Assembly (NCBI GenBank): GCA_001179505.1
Contig: CDMY01001052.1
Location: forward strand, 124,001 to 188,000
Length of the DNA stretch: 64,000 nucleotides
DNA from: Vitrella brassicaformis CCMP3155
Taxonomy: Eukaryota > Protista > Chromerida
Direction: 5' to 3'
Shown: one piece after another, positions 36,807 to 48,094 of the stretch
Layout: every line of letters begins with the position of its first letter
Numbering within the stretch: position 1 is the first letter of the stretch
Translations under genes and position numbers: made by a program
Notes under the pieces: model-generated
What the model was told of the DNA's origin: nothing
The model's input: the letters and a program-made list of their open reading frames with translations, nothing else
Databases searched by the model: none

Positions 36807-37131
36807 CGACGCCGGCGCCTAGCATTCACGAGTGACTCGGAGTGAGTCACCCACTTCTCGTTAACGGCCGGAGCTGTACTATTGTTTCTGACCGAAGTTG
36901 TTGATTCGATTCTCACGAACGCTTCCAGATGGTTCGTTCCTCTCCGTCTCACATCGATCATCTTACACTACACTACACGTGTCCACGCACACATACACAC
37001 AGACAAAGAGGAGAACAGAACAACAGGCACAGAAGCAAGACCTACTATCCGTCAAGTGCAAGCAAAAGCATCGCAGAGCAGAGCAGAGCAGTCCTTCGGA
37101 CCACACTCCCTCTGCATGCACTGACTGCACT

Positions 37132-39592
37132 TCAAGACTCGTTCCTATCACCACCCCCAACCTCCACAGAGGCATCATACACACCTAGCTGCACCACATC
37201 CCGAAGCCGCCTCAGCTCAAACAGACACAGCGGCCTCTCACCATGACCCAGTCGTCTCGGCACCATCCCTGCCATCCACATATCACCAGCACCATCCAAC
37301 ACAGCCGTAAACTCCCCCCCAGCAGCCACAGCAGCCACACGAGACATGTCAGGGGGAAGGGGGACGGCCGTCGGCGTCTCGACATTCAGGCTGGCCGCCG
37401 TGGCATCATCCTCTCCATCGAGGCTCTGACTAGACGTCGATCGGACAAAAGGTGGTGGAGGCGAGGGCGATGGCTGCCTCTCTCTCCGCAGCAGAGGGGC
37501 GGGTGACGGAGCCCGCCTTCCAGGCTCCCCCAAAGCATCGTTTGCATCATCTCGACCGCCCCCTACCCCCAGTTGCCCGACATTGTTTCCCCCGAAGGCG
37601 AAGAGCCGCCCAGCGGTCGTCCACGCGACCGAGTGTTCGCCCCCACATACGACCCTCACCACTCGCTCTGTGGCCATCAGGGGGATATGGATCCGTTGCG
37701 GCTCATCTAAACGGCTGCTTGGCGATGCGCTCCGCTGCGGCATCAGGGGAGGGGGAGGGACAGGGATGGCCATCGGGGTGGGGGCCGGCTGGGTGGTGTG
37801 GATGGGGAGGGTGCTGGTGTTGGTGTTGGCTGCTGGGACAGGGGGAGGCAGGGGAGTGGGGCCACGCCCCAGCTGGCCGGACTCGTTGATCCCCCACGTC
37901 CATACGCGGCCGTCAATGTTCACCTGACGTATGAAAGCAGGCAGAGGCTTGGCTTGGCTTCTATACGTCTTCTGTCTATCCTTCACTTACGGCGACACTA
38001 TGTCGATGGCCGGCGGCTATGTGGCCAATGGCGCCGGCCGCCCTCCTCAGCCCCTGGATCTCATGCGCATGCGGCCCTTCCTCCCTCCGACCAGCCTCGC
38101 CCCTCCGTCGCCCAGGACCGAGGTTGCCCCACCCCGCCTCGCCAAAGCCAAACACGCGCCCACATTGTGACAGCAGCAGTGTGAAGCTGTCCCCTGCCGC
38201 GGCACTCACGATGTGGTAGCTCTCGATGCCGCCCACTTTCTCCATCCGTCCTCCTGGCTGCGGGTAGAGATCTGACCGCCACCTGCCCCACACGAAGGCA
38301 TTCCCCGGGTGTGTGAGGGCAATGGCGTGCCCCATGCCGCAGACGACGCGGCTGACACGGAGAGAAAGAGATGGGCTGCTGGGCGTGTGCAGCACGTAGG
38401 GCTCCGTGACGAGACGCAAAGGGGCCTCCACATCCCGGCTGATGCTGCTCCTGCTGCTGCTGCTGTTCTGATCACGTGTGGTCAGTCGAGAGGCTGGGAA
38501 GCGCTGACGGCTGCGGGCAACAGGGCCGTGGGGATGGGGTGTTGTGAAAGTTGCCATGAGGGCGCGCATCCGATTGGTCCTCAGACCGAAATGACAGCTC
38601 CCAGCAGTGACGCTGTCGATGCGCTCTGGCTGCGAAGGGGGAAGGGAAGGTGATGAGGAAGATGCCGTCGACGCAGCACCGACAAAGTCGCCCCACAGAA
38701 AGCGGCGGATGGAGCGAGTGCGTGCCGGGGGCGCGGGAAAACTGGCCGGCACGCGCACCGCAGCGACCGATTGCCGGCCCGGTGAGGCACCGTCCGTCGT
38801 CACTCCCAGGGCAAGGAGCTCGAGGCCTCGGCCGATAATGAGGAAGTCCCCGTCAGGTCGATGGCGATAGATGAGATGCTGCGGGCCGGCTTGCAGGGCG
38901 ACCGGCTCGGCCAGCTGCCTCTCCCTGAAAGCCACATAACGCAGCTCGGTCTCGCCGGGACGCAGCAGCCGCCGGGGAGATGCCTGCTCCGCCGACTCGA
39001 CAGCTGGATGTGGCTGCGGGTGCGGGGTGGGCAGCGCGGAAGCCGATGACGCATGTGGCACTTCCGCAGGCGGAGGGCCGGCCGCTGTGAGACCGAAGCG
39101 TTCTGACCCGCTGATAGACCCGCTAGTGCTCCGGACTCGGCGCAGCGCCTCTGCTGGCAGCTCGGGGACGCTCAGAAAGGTGCTAGACGCCCGGGCGCAG
39201 TCTTCAAGAGGTGGAGGCACCTCAGCAGGGTCAGGTGGGAGGGTCCGCTCGACCCCAAGCAGGCGATCGTGCGCCACAGCGTTGACTGCCGCATTGAAAG
39301 CAGGAGCCACTCCTGCAGTGCTGGCGAGAGATGCAGTATCGAGATGGCCGAGGATGGCGTTGAGAGGGCCGTGCTCGCTGACCAGCAACTCGGAAGCAGA
39401 CTCAGCCCCGCCGTCTGCCGCCGCGGCGTCCTGACCGTCAGGCAGAGGGGGTGGTTCTGCTGGGAATGGACAGGAGCTGCTCGACGTCGGCTGCATTGGA
39501 ACTGCCTGGGAGTGCGCTGCTCTGATGAGGATGAGGGAGGGAGGGAGGCATCGGGTGAGCGGCAGCGGTTTCAGGGAGCACCCTAGGCGCAT
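37132..39592 (-). CDS. RCC1-repeat protein with N-terminal F-box-like segment (one clear intron about 37925-37990; start may be 39496)
   Basis: RCC1 repeats: VVCGMGHAIALTHPGNAFVWG; AAAGDSFTLLLSQCGRVFGFGEAGWGNLG; IAAGHRHSVA|VNIDGRVWTWGINESGQLG; VVCGGEHSVAWTTAGRLFAFGGNNVGQLG; VAAGGEFTAVLDGAGDMW. F-box-like PLNAILGHLDTASLASTAGVAPAFN. Confidence 0.82.
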
Positions 39593-39655
39593 TGGGGTCA
39601 ACTTGAAGATCTACCGCCTTGGATTTGCCTTATTTGCCTTTGGAGCGCTCCATCG

Positions 39656-42600
39656 ATGGCATTCAAGCGGCCTTGCTCATTTGTTTCATTGCTGCTCCCC
39701 ACAGCAACAGCCCCCCTCGTCAGCCGCAGACACATCACCCACCTGCGCAGCCGACTGGCCTTCCGACATCTGCAGCATACGGCAGCAATGTCAGCATCGC
39801 AACCATGCGGCCGCCACCAGAGCACGGCTGCTTCTGCTTCGGGGCAAGGGGACGCACCGGTTCAAGCGTCGTCATTGAAGCAGACAGATTCCGACGCTTC
39901 TGAGGTGGAGGAGGAGCACGGCAGCGGGACAGCGGTGTCGTCATGGCTGGCCTATCTCCGGAATGTGCCAAGCAGTGATGAGGCGCCACCGCAGCAGCAG
40001 CAGCAGCAGTATCAGGAGGCTGGAGATGATCGGCCAGCAGAGAAGCCAGATCATCTACCGCCTCCCTTCATGTCGGTGCACGCGAGCAGGGCGACTGCAT
40101 CATCCGATATCCACGGCGAATCGACGGAAGCGGCTGCTTATGGGAGGGGGGCAACCATGGGCCTAGACGAGCTGAGCGACGCCATACGCTTCTATGGAGG
40201 GGAGGGGGCATCGGCTGGTCGATCGGGGCCCATCGATGTGTGCCCGTCTGATGCTCATGGAGAGGAGGGGCAGGAGAGACCGTCGACGGTGCGTGAGGGG
40301 AGTTTTGGTGGTGGTCATCAGGTGGCGGAGGACGATCCCACCAGCAAGGCGAGATCTGTCATGACGTCACTCACCGAGGTACGTCCACACACAGACAGGG
40401 AGGGAGGCAGGCAGGCAGGCTCGTGACCTGTCCATCTGTCCATCTGTCCATGCATCCCTCTGTGTGCCGTTGATTGCCATCGGTGGGTCAGGAGGACACC
40501 GAGTCGTTTCCCCGTTACCAGCGGCCCTTTGTGGATCTCATGTGGGTCGAGTGCAAGGCCGGCAACGGGGGCAGCCCCCTCCCACTGGCAAAACGGTCAG
40601 CAGGCAGGCAGGCAGGCAGGCACCCTGTGATGTCATGTCCTGTGCCTTCTCACCTCCTATGTGTCTGTTTGTGTCTGTGTCTGTGTCTGCCTGTGGCTCC
40701 ACTTCATCGATCAGCAAGCCGATTCGGCCGCACGGTCCAGGGTACGGCGGTCACGGGGGCAATGTCATCCTCAGGTCCACACACCTCGTGCAGGACTTCC
40801 TCAGAATCGACCAAAAGGTGAGCGAATGAGCTAGAAAGACACGCAGGCACGCAGCAGACAAGCCCGCCACTCTGTCTGCCTGTGTGTGGTGTGGTGTGGT
40901 GTAGATTCGCGCCAATGACGGTGAGGATGCCCATGACACCCACAGAGGAAAACACGCCAAGCACCTCACCGTCTACGTGAGCGACCGACCTGCCACACAA
41001 TGGCAACACGATGATACCCTCCTCCCTCACACGTGTGTGTGCGCGTGTGTGTGTGTGTCTGTCAGGTCCCTCAGGGCACCATCATTCGCAAGCGCATCCC
41101 CGTCGGCGAGAAGCGCGACGGCAGGAAGCTCCACAGGCGCGTCTTCTGGTAGGAACCAACACACACACACACACACACACACAGAGATGGTCGGGTGCAA
41201 AGGCACATGTCTGTCCGTGTGGTGTGGTGTGGGTGTGGGTGGTGTGCAGGTATCAGATCTTGAATGACAATGAGGAGCTGACTGTGGCCACTGGCGGTTT
41301 GGGTGGCCTGGGGTTCTCGTCGTTCAAGAAGAAGGACGGCCGCCGGGCCGCGCCGGGCGAGAAGGTGCTGCTCGAGCTGGAGCTTAGAATCATGGTAGGT
41401 ATCGACAGCCAGCACATCACATTCACATACACGCACGCGTATGTGGAATGACCTCTGTCTGTCCCACACGCACTCATTGCGTGGCTGCCGCTTGGTCGTG
41501 TGCAGACGGACGCCTGCCTTCTGGGCATGCCCAACTCAGGTGTGGTGTGGTGTGGTGTGGTATGCCAGACGGGCGACGTCATCGGCGTGTGGCATGCCAT
41601 GCGTGTCGTGGCTGTTGGTGTGGTTTTCTCCCTCCCTCCCTCCCTCCCTGCCTTTCTGCAGGCAAGACGTCTCTGATGGCAGCGATGACCCGCTCGCACA
41701 CGCGCATCGGCCCGGAGCCCTTCTCCACCACACGCCCTCATGTCAGTGTCATCGGATTCAGGTACGCCAGCCAACCGCCACACACACATGGATGGATGAA
41801 TGGACGGGTGGCGCTTGATTGGTCAGGGACGATGTGCGCATCCGTGTGGCAGACCTTCCTGGGCTTTATGAAGGCGCACACGTGGTACGTGGTGGGCCAA
41901 GCAAAGCAAAGCAAGGCCCGCCCTGCTCATGCACCCATTGACATCGCGATCGGTCACATGCAGATATGGGTGTGTGGTGTGGTGTGGTGTAGGATAAGCT
42001 CAAGGGCTGCCGGATCCTCCGGCACACCTACCGGAGCAAGCTGCTCATATACGTGGTCGACGTGGCGAACCGAGACTCAGAACCGGACAGAGACCCGCTC
42101 AAGGTCACAGCCCCCAAAACGTTGATCGGGTGCTCAATCCCTCCTTGTCCATTTCTGTGTGCGAATGAATGGTGTCGGTCGGTTGGCAGGAGGTCGAGGT
42201 GTTGATGGACGAGGCCAAGAGTTTCTTCGAGGTCAACAAGGCCAAGAAGGAGCTGGTCATCGCCACCAAGTGCGACATGCTCCACAAGGACGCACTCTTC
42301 AACCTCGACTCGCTCTACTTCCGACTCAAAGCACGATACCCCGACATCGACGTAGTGCACCCATCCACACACACACTCACAAACATCTCTCTCTCTCTGT
42401 CTCTGTGTGTGTGTGTGTGTGTGGTTGTGTGTGTGAAGGTGATCGGCACATCAGCTCGGTTCGGTTTGGGCATCGAGCGTGCGGTGACCAGGATCCGGCA
42501 GCTGCTCTACCCCGACATGCTGCTCACCGCCGAGCGCGTCAAGGCCAAACCGATCGACGAGATACTCCTGCCCAACGAGCAGATGAAACAAGAGGTCCCT

Positions 42601-43314
42601 CCCCCTCCCCCCCCCNNNNNNNNNNNNNNNNNNNNNNNNNNNNNNNNNNNNNNNNNNNNNNNNNNNNNNNNNNNNNNNNNNNNNNNNNNNNNNNNNNNNN
42701 NNNNNNNNNNNNNNNNNNNNNNNNNNNNNNNNNNNNNNNNNNNNNNNNNNNNNNNNNNNNNNNNNNNNNNNNNNNNNNNNNNNNNNNNNNNNNNNNNNNN
42801 NNNNNNNNNNNNNNNNNNNNNNNNNNNNNNNNNNNNNNNNNNNNNNNNNNNNNNNNNNNNNNNNNNNNNNNNNNNNNNNNNNNNNNNNNNNNNNNNNNNN
42901 NNNNNNNNNNNNNNNCCCCCCCCCCACACACACACACACAACCACCCCCCCCCCTCTCTCTCTGTGTGTGTGCAGAGTCTGACGGGCATCGACCGTCTTC
43001 AGCTGCCAGGGTTCATCATCCCCCCCGCCCACGGAGCCGACACCAAGCCGCCGCCCTCCCGGTTCGTGCGGCACCCCCGCTACAACGAGATGGAGCTCAT
43101 GAACATCGAGCACAACGTCGTGAGCGGCATCGCCAAGAGGTACCGGTACAAGCTCATTCGCAGGGAGGCTGGGGATGCACAGGGGGAGAGGGAGAGGGAG
43201 AGACAGACAGATCCGGGTTTGTTGGTTAGCGGTGAGAGGGTGATTTTGCCGGCTGATAGGGACCCGACGAAGGCGGGGGGGCGGCTGGTGAGTGTGGAGG
43301 GGGCGGGCGAGTGA
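39656..43314 (+). CDS. Obg/CgtA-family GTPase, probably organellar (multi-exon; spans an assembly gap)
   Basis: FVDLMWVECKAGNGG; GGHGGNVIL; VPQGTII; VATGGLGGLG; GEKVLLELELRIM; G1 LGMPNS|GKTSL; PFSTTRP; G3 VADLPGLYEGAH; G4 IATKCD; SARFGLGIE; Arg-rich N-terminal presequence. Confidence 0.9.
42616..42915. other. Assembly gap (300 N) inside the Obg gene, flanked by poly-C tracts
   Basis: Run of N; C-runs on both sides. Confidence 0.99.
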
Positions 43315-43894
43315 TAGGAGAGATAGGGGGGTGTTTGTTGTGTGGGCTGACTGTACATTAGATCTGTTTATGTTTGTGGAGGGCGTGTGTGCGTGCGAGA
43401 GAGACATTCGCCCCGACAGAGACAGACCAATCATGTTGTTCGAATGAACAAGGAAGTCCGTGCAAATGTGACGAACACTCACAACACACACATGACTGTC
43501 TGTCACGTACGGGCACGTATACGAAACCCATCAAAGTGAGTCGAGCACCCACCCTTCAGCAAACCCCTTTACGAACCACCTACCGTTCTGCATGCAATGT
43601 AGAACAGAAAAATGGGCTGCCTCAGAACACGCAAAGAGCCACAAGGCATTCACTGCCGCATTACTCCCGCATGTCTGGTGAGTGTATGTGTGCATGTGTG
43701 TGGGGGGGAAGGCTTGGCTTGCAGAATTATCACAGTCACCAACAGGACTTTAGCCACGCAGCCAGACAGGCAGGCAGGCAGGCAGACAGGCAGGGTGTGT
43801 GTGGTGGATGGGTGTGTGTAATGGGTGTGTGTAATGGATGGGTGGGGCTTCAAAAAGGCAAGGCGGTAAAAACCACACATCACATGCAGCAGAC

Positions 43895-43918
43895 AGGTAG
43901 GTAGGTAGGTAGGTAGGT
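43895..43918. repeat. (AGGT)n microsatellite, one example of the many simple repeats in introns and intergenic DNA
   Basis: aggtaggtaggtaggtaggtaggt; (CA)n, (CTGT)n, (GATG)n and (GA)n tracts occur in most introns. Confidence 0.9.
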
Positions 43919-45293
43919 CGAATTATAAACTCAGCAAGGGGGTATGGATGGTATGGATGTCCAACGGACGGGAGGGTATATAAATACTAATCAACATGTG
44001 TATGATGATGATGATATGAACACGCATGTTGACATGACATGACAGGCAGGCAGGCAGGCAGGGGCAAGGGAGGGAGCACCAGCGCACGGCACCGTCCAAA
44101 CAACCAACGACCACGACTGACTGCCCAGATGGACCAGGCACTAAGACAGAAAGACCGACAGACAGACAGAAAGACAGACAGACAGACAGGCGGGCAGGGT
44201 ACCATGCAGCACCCGCCAGGCAATGAACGACACACAAAAACACCAGCGTGCAGAGTCGCATCGGTGGGTGCCGATCGGCTGGCTGTGTCCCTCCCGTCGG
44301 CTGGATCCGACACGTACAAGCGCTGCAAACCAATCACGGTGCAGCCTCTGGTATACATGTCAATCCGACACGACAGAAGACCCACAGCCAATCTCTTCAA
44401 GGCCACTCACCCACCCCTTAGGCACGCTCCCCACTAGCTCACAAACACACAACCAGCCCAAATCGGGTGTGTGTCCGTGTGACACAAAACACCAAGCATC
44501 CGTGTGTGACGTCGCTTCGCATCTGCGTCGATTGGCTGTGTGTCATCTCTGTGCGGGCGACGGCACGCACAAGCGCTGCAGCAGGCAAGATGCAGCACCT
44601 GGCCGTACTCGTCGTTGCCTTCGAGAGAAGACCACAGCTGATGCACAGACAGCCACTCATGGACGGAATCAAGACCCAACTAGCCCGGCACCAGGGCACA
44701 TTCACTCACTCAACTCAGCCAGCCTCTCTCTCCTTCGTACGATGATGCACGTGACGCAGCCAGCCACACTAAATCATACCCACAGCGTGCAAAGAGTGGC
44801 GCGCTCGCACAATCGGTTGACGACGAATGCGACGCGCCCATACGGACGGACGGACTGACCCAAAGATGCGATGCCCACACGCAGATACGCACACACGACG
44901 AGAAAGCAGCCAGAATGGAATGCAGCGAGGCAGAGAGAGAGATGGGGGGCGGGGGGCTTGGCTTCCCATGTATGTATGTATGTATGGAGTCATCCATCCA
45001 TCCCATCCATCCATAGCATTTTCACACGTCGATCGATCAGCAAAAGCGGGACGCGAAAAAGAAGGGATGGATGGATCTCACACGACGGCATCGCGATCAC
45101 CACACGCCACTCCACGGCGGCTCCCCCACCCCCACTAGCGCACCCGACCGACCCACAACCATACGGAGACAGACAGAGTAGATGGACATGCCAGGACTAG
45201 ACTAGACTAGCAACACACACGCACAAACTCGGCACACAACACACAACGGACAGGAGGCTCACTTGTCATCACATTCCATTCTACATGGTGCCA

Positions 45294-45699
45294 CTACAGG
45301 TCGTCATCGATGAACCGGTCGATCATGGTCTCGAGCAGAGGCATCGACGCAGCCAGACCCGGCACATACTCAAACAACTCGCGGTCACTCACATGCTCAC
45401 CCACACCCACACCCTTGAGATGACACACGAACCCCTCCTCGCTGTACCCGTAGCTCTCCTCACTCTCCTCCTCCCCATCCACGTCATCAGGCCTCGCCGG
45501 CATCGTCACCGCCTTGGCCCACCGTCGAGGGTCGTCTTCAGGGAGCATGATGGGGTTGCTGTAGAAGTGGAGAATCTCGGGGTTGAGGTGAGTGGTGCTG
45601 CTGTCGGTCTGTGTCTCGCCGGCCTGGAAGTGCACCACCATCTCGGACAGGGCGATGTGTCGGTTGATGAGCGACAGAGTGGGGGCGCGACGCCAATCT

Positions 45700-45733
<34 letters not shown>

Positions 45734-46733
45734 GAGGGAAACCAACACCAAGGAAACCATACAGACATCACCGCAGCCACGGACGGGCAAGAAACTGTCC
45801 TCACGTACCCCCGAAGGAGTCGTCACAGATGCACAGGGCGTACTTGACGTCCACCACCGGCACCCCGCTCCCTCCCCCTCCCCCTCCCTCTCCCTCCAAC
45901 CTCGGTGTGCCCGCAGCGGTCGACTCCATGCTCACCGACGCCTCGGCAATGAACGCGCCCTTGCCCCCCGCCTCTCTCTCACTGCCGCAGCTGCTGTGAT
46001 GGGTACGCGGGGTGAGGGACGGCGGGGGGGCGTTGGCCCTGTGTGTCAACTGCTGATGGTGTTGCTGCTGCTGCTGTTGGGGCTGCATGACGACGTGTAG
46101 GGACTGGATGGGCGGGAGGGTGACCGTACGGTGGTGGCCGTACTCGTGGTCCTCCCAGTGGTGGTCACGGTCGCGGCAGATGATGTACTTGTACTCGACC
46201 ACCTGAGCGATCATACGATCGATGAGATAGATGATTGATGGTGGGCGGCGCGTGACATGAACGAACGTGTGTGTGTCTGCTTGTGAGGTGAGAGGGTGCA
46301 GCGTGTTCACCACCACCACCGCCACTTACGGTTTCTCTGTCTTGTACTGCGGTGATCTGGACGGGCAGGCTCTCCCAGACGGGGAAGGACACCTCGTTCG
46401 TCCGCATGTCCACGGCCTGCAGGAACTGAACGCAACGCACGCACATGACACAATGAGGAACACACGTACAGCTGGAGTCTACTCTGCGTGTGTGTGCGCG
46501 GTTGTTTGCTTCATTGCTTACGTCCCAGTATCCGAGTGCTGGGTGGTTGCCCACCACCCTCAGCTGCTCCCCAGGCTTCGTGTAGGCCTTCACCTGACAA
46601 CCAACACAAGCCCGCTTGTGTGATGATATTTCCTTGCTGCTTCTTGCACGGCTGCCGCAGCGCTGGTGTCAGTCACCTTGAAGCACACCGGTATGACAGC
46701 GGGCTCGGCCTCCCCTTCACTGTGTCCATTCAT
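45294..46733 (-). CDS. CBM20 starch/glycogen-binding domain protein with no recognisable catalytic domain (multi-exon)
   Basis: MNGHSEGEAEPAVIPVCFK|VKAYTKPGEQLRVVGNHPALGYWD|..AVDMRTNEVSFPVWES..|VEYKYIICRDRDHHWEDHEYGHHRTVTLP is a CBM20; followed by a low-complexity linker and an acidic tail ending IDDDL*. Confidence 0.8.
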
Positions 46734-46907
46734 CGCTGTCACAGCCGACCCACCGGCAGCTAAAGCTCAGGTCAAGCTGATGAACCGCCAACAAATGGCG
46801 GCACAAATGCACAAAACGCAGATCTCTCGTGAGGCCTCAAAACGCAGATCTCTCCAGGCTCGCGAGGGAGAGCGCCCTTAGCTCGCAACTTGAAGGAATG
46901 AACCAAG
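46734..46907. promoter_or_regulatory. Putative bidirectional promoter, CBM20 / CtpA, containing a 17-bp direct repeat (46812-46828 and 46838-46854)
   Basis: CAAAACGCAGATCTCTC occurs twice in the 174 bp between divergent ATGs. Confidence 0.55.
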
Positions 46908-48057
46908 ATGAAGATGCTCCTTCTCCTCCTCGCCATAGCGTCGTTATGCATCGACACGAACGTCAGTCAGTCAGCAGATCGTAGCAGATCGATGATACCA
47001 ATGGTCTTGCGTCTGGTGTCCCTCTCTGCGTGTGTGCGTGCAGGGTGCCTTCGTGCCTTCGTGGCGACCATCTCAGCTGCAGCCTCTCTCTTGCAACAGG
47101 TGCAAACAGAACAGCCACACGAACGAACAGACGGATCTCATGATGCACTCACTCAGTCAGCTGTGTGTTCTCTCTCACATCACACAGGCGCCGAACGACG
47201 AGGCTGCAACAGAGGTCACTGCAAGATGACGAGCGTGAAGCCCCAGAGCCACCACCAGCAGGAGCAACAGCAGCGGCTGATCGGCTAAGCAATCTTGTGA
47301 TCGGGTGCCTCACATCACTGCTGGCACTGCTGCTGGTCAGCAAACAAACAACAGAGATAAGTTAAACACGATAGGTCGTCAGTATTTTGGCATGCCGCTG
47401 TGTCCCTCTCTCTGTGTGTCGTGTGTCAGCCGGCGCTTCCCCTGTGCCCTTCCCCCGCCTCTCCCACACTCGCCGCTGATGCTGCAGTGGCCACGCCGGC
47501 AGCTTTGGGCCCGTCATCGCGACCGATGTTTCCTTTTCACGATCTGCACGCCGACGCCTTCCCCCTGCCACCCTGGGCCATACCTGAAGACCTCTCGCCG
47601 AGAGAGAAGAGGATTCTACAGGTAGGTACCTTTGGTGGATTTGGTGGCTCGCTGCCGACAATGGATATGTGTGTGTGTGTTTGTGTGTCAGGCTGAGCTG
47701 TACAAGGCTGTGGTAGACAGCGGCGACCCTGAGATGGTGTTCAAGGCCAACAAGGCCATTGTGGAGCAGGTCTGGCAGATCGCGAGTCTGCTGTTCTATG
47801 ATCCAACAGGTACCTGCGACATGGAGAGAGAGAGAGAGAGAGAACACATGCATATCAACGGCACCCGATACATCATGTGTGTGTGTAGGTGGTGAGAAGT
47901 TCGAGCCCTCGGACAAGGCGTGGCGTCAGGCGCTCAACCAGTACCTGTACCCCACCATTCCAAACTCCAAGGCCGACGCGCTGACCACCGTGGACGGCAC
48001 CAGGAAAGCCATCAGAGACCTGCTCAGCTTCCTACAAGACCCTTACACAGGCACACA

Positions 48058-48094
<37 letters not shown>

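Noticed and set aside
7809-46854. AGATCT as a shared motif of the divergent spacers
   Set aside because: It is present in several spacers but also frequent in introns and exons (for example 8160, 8343, 10855); enrichment cannot be claimed without counting.
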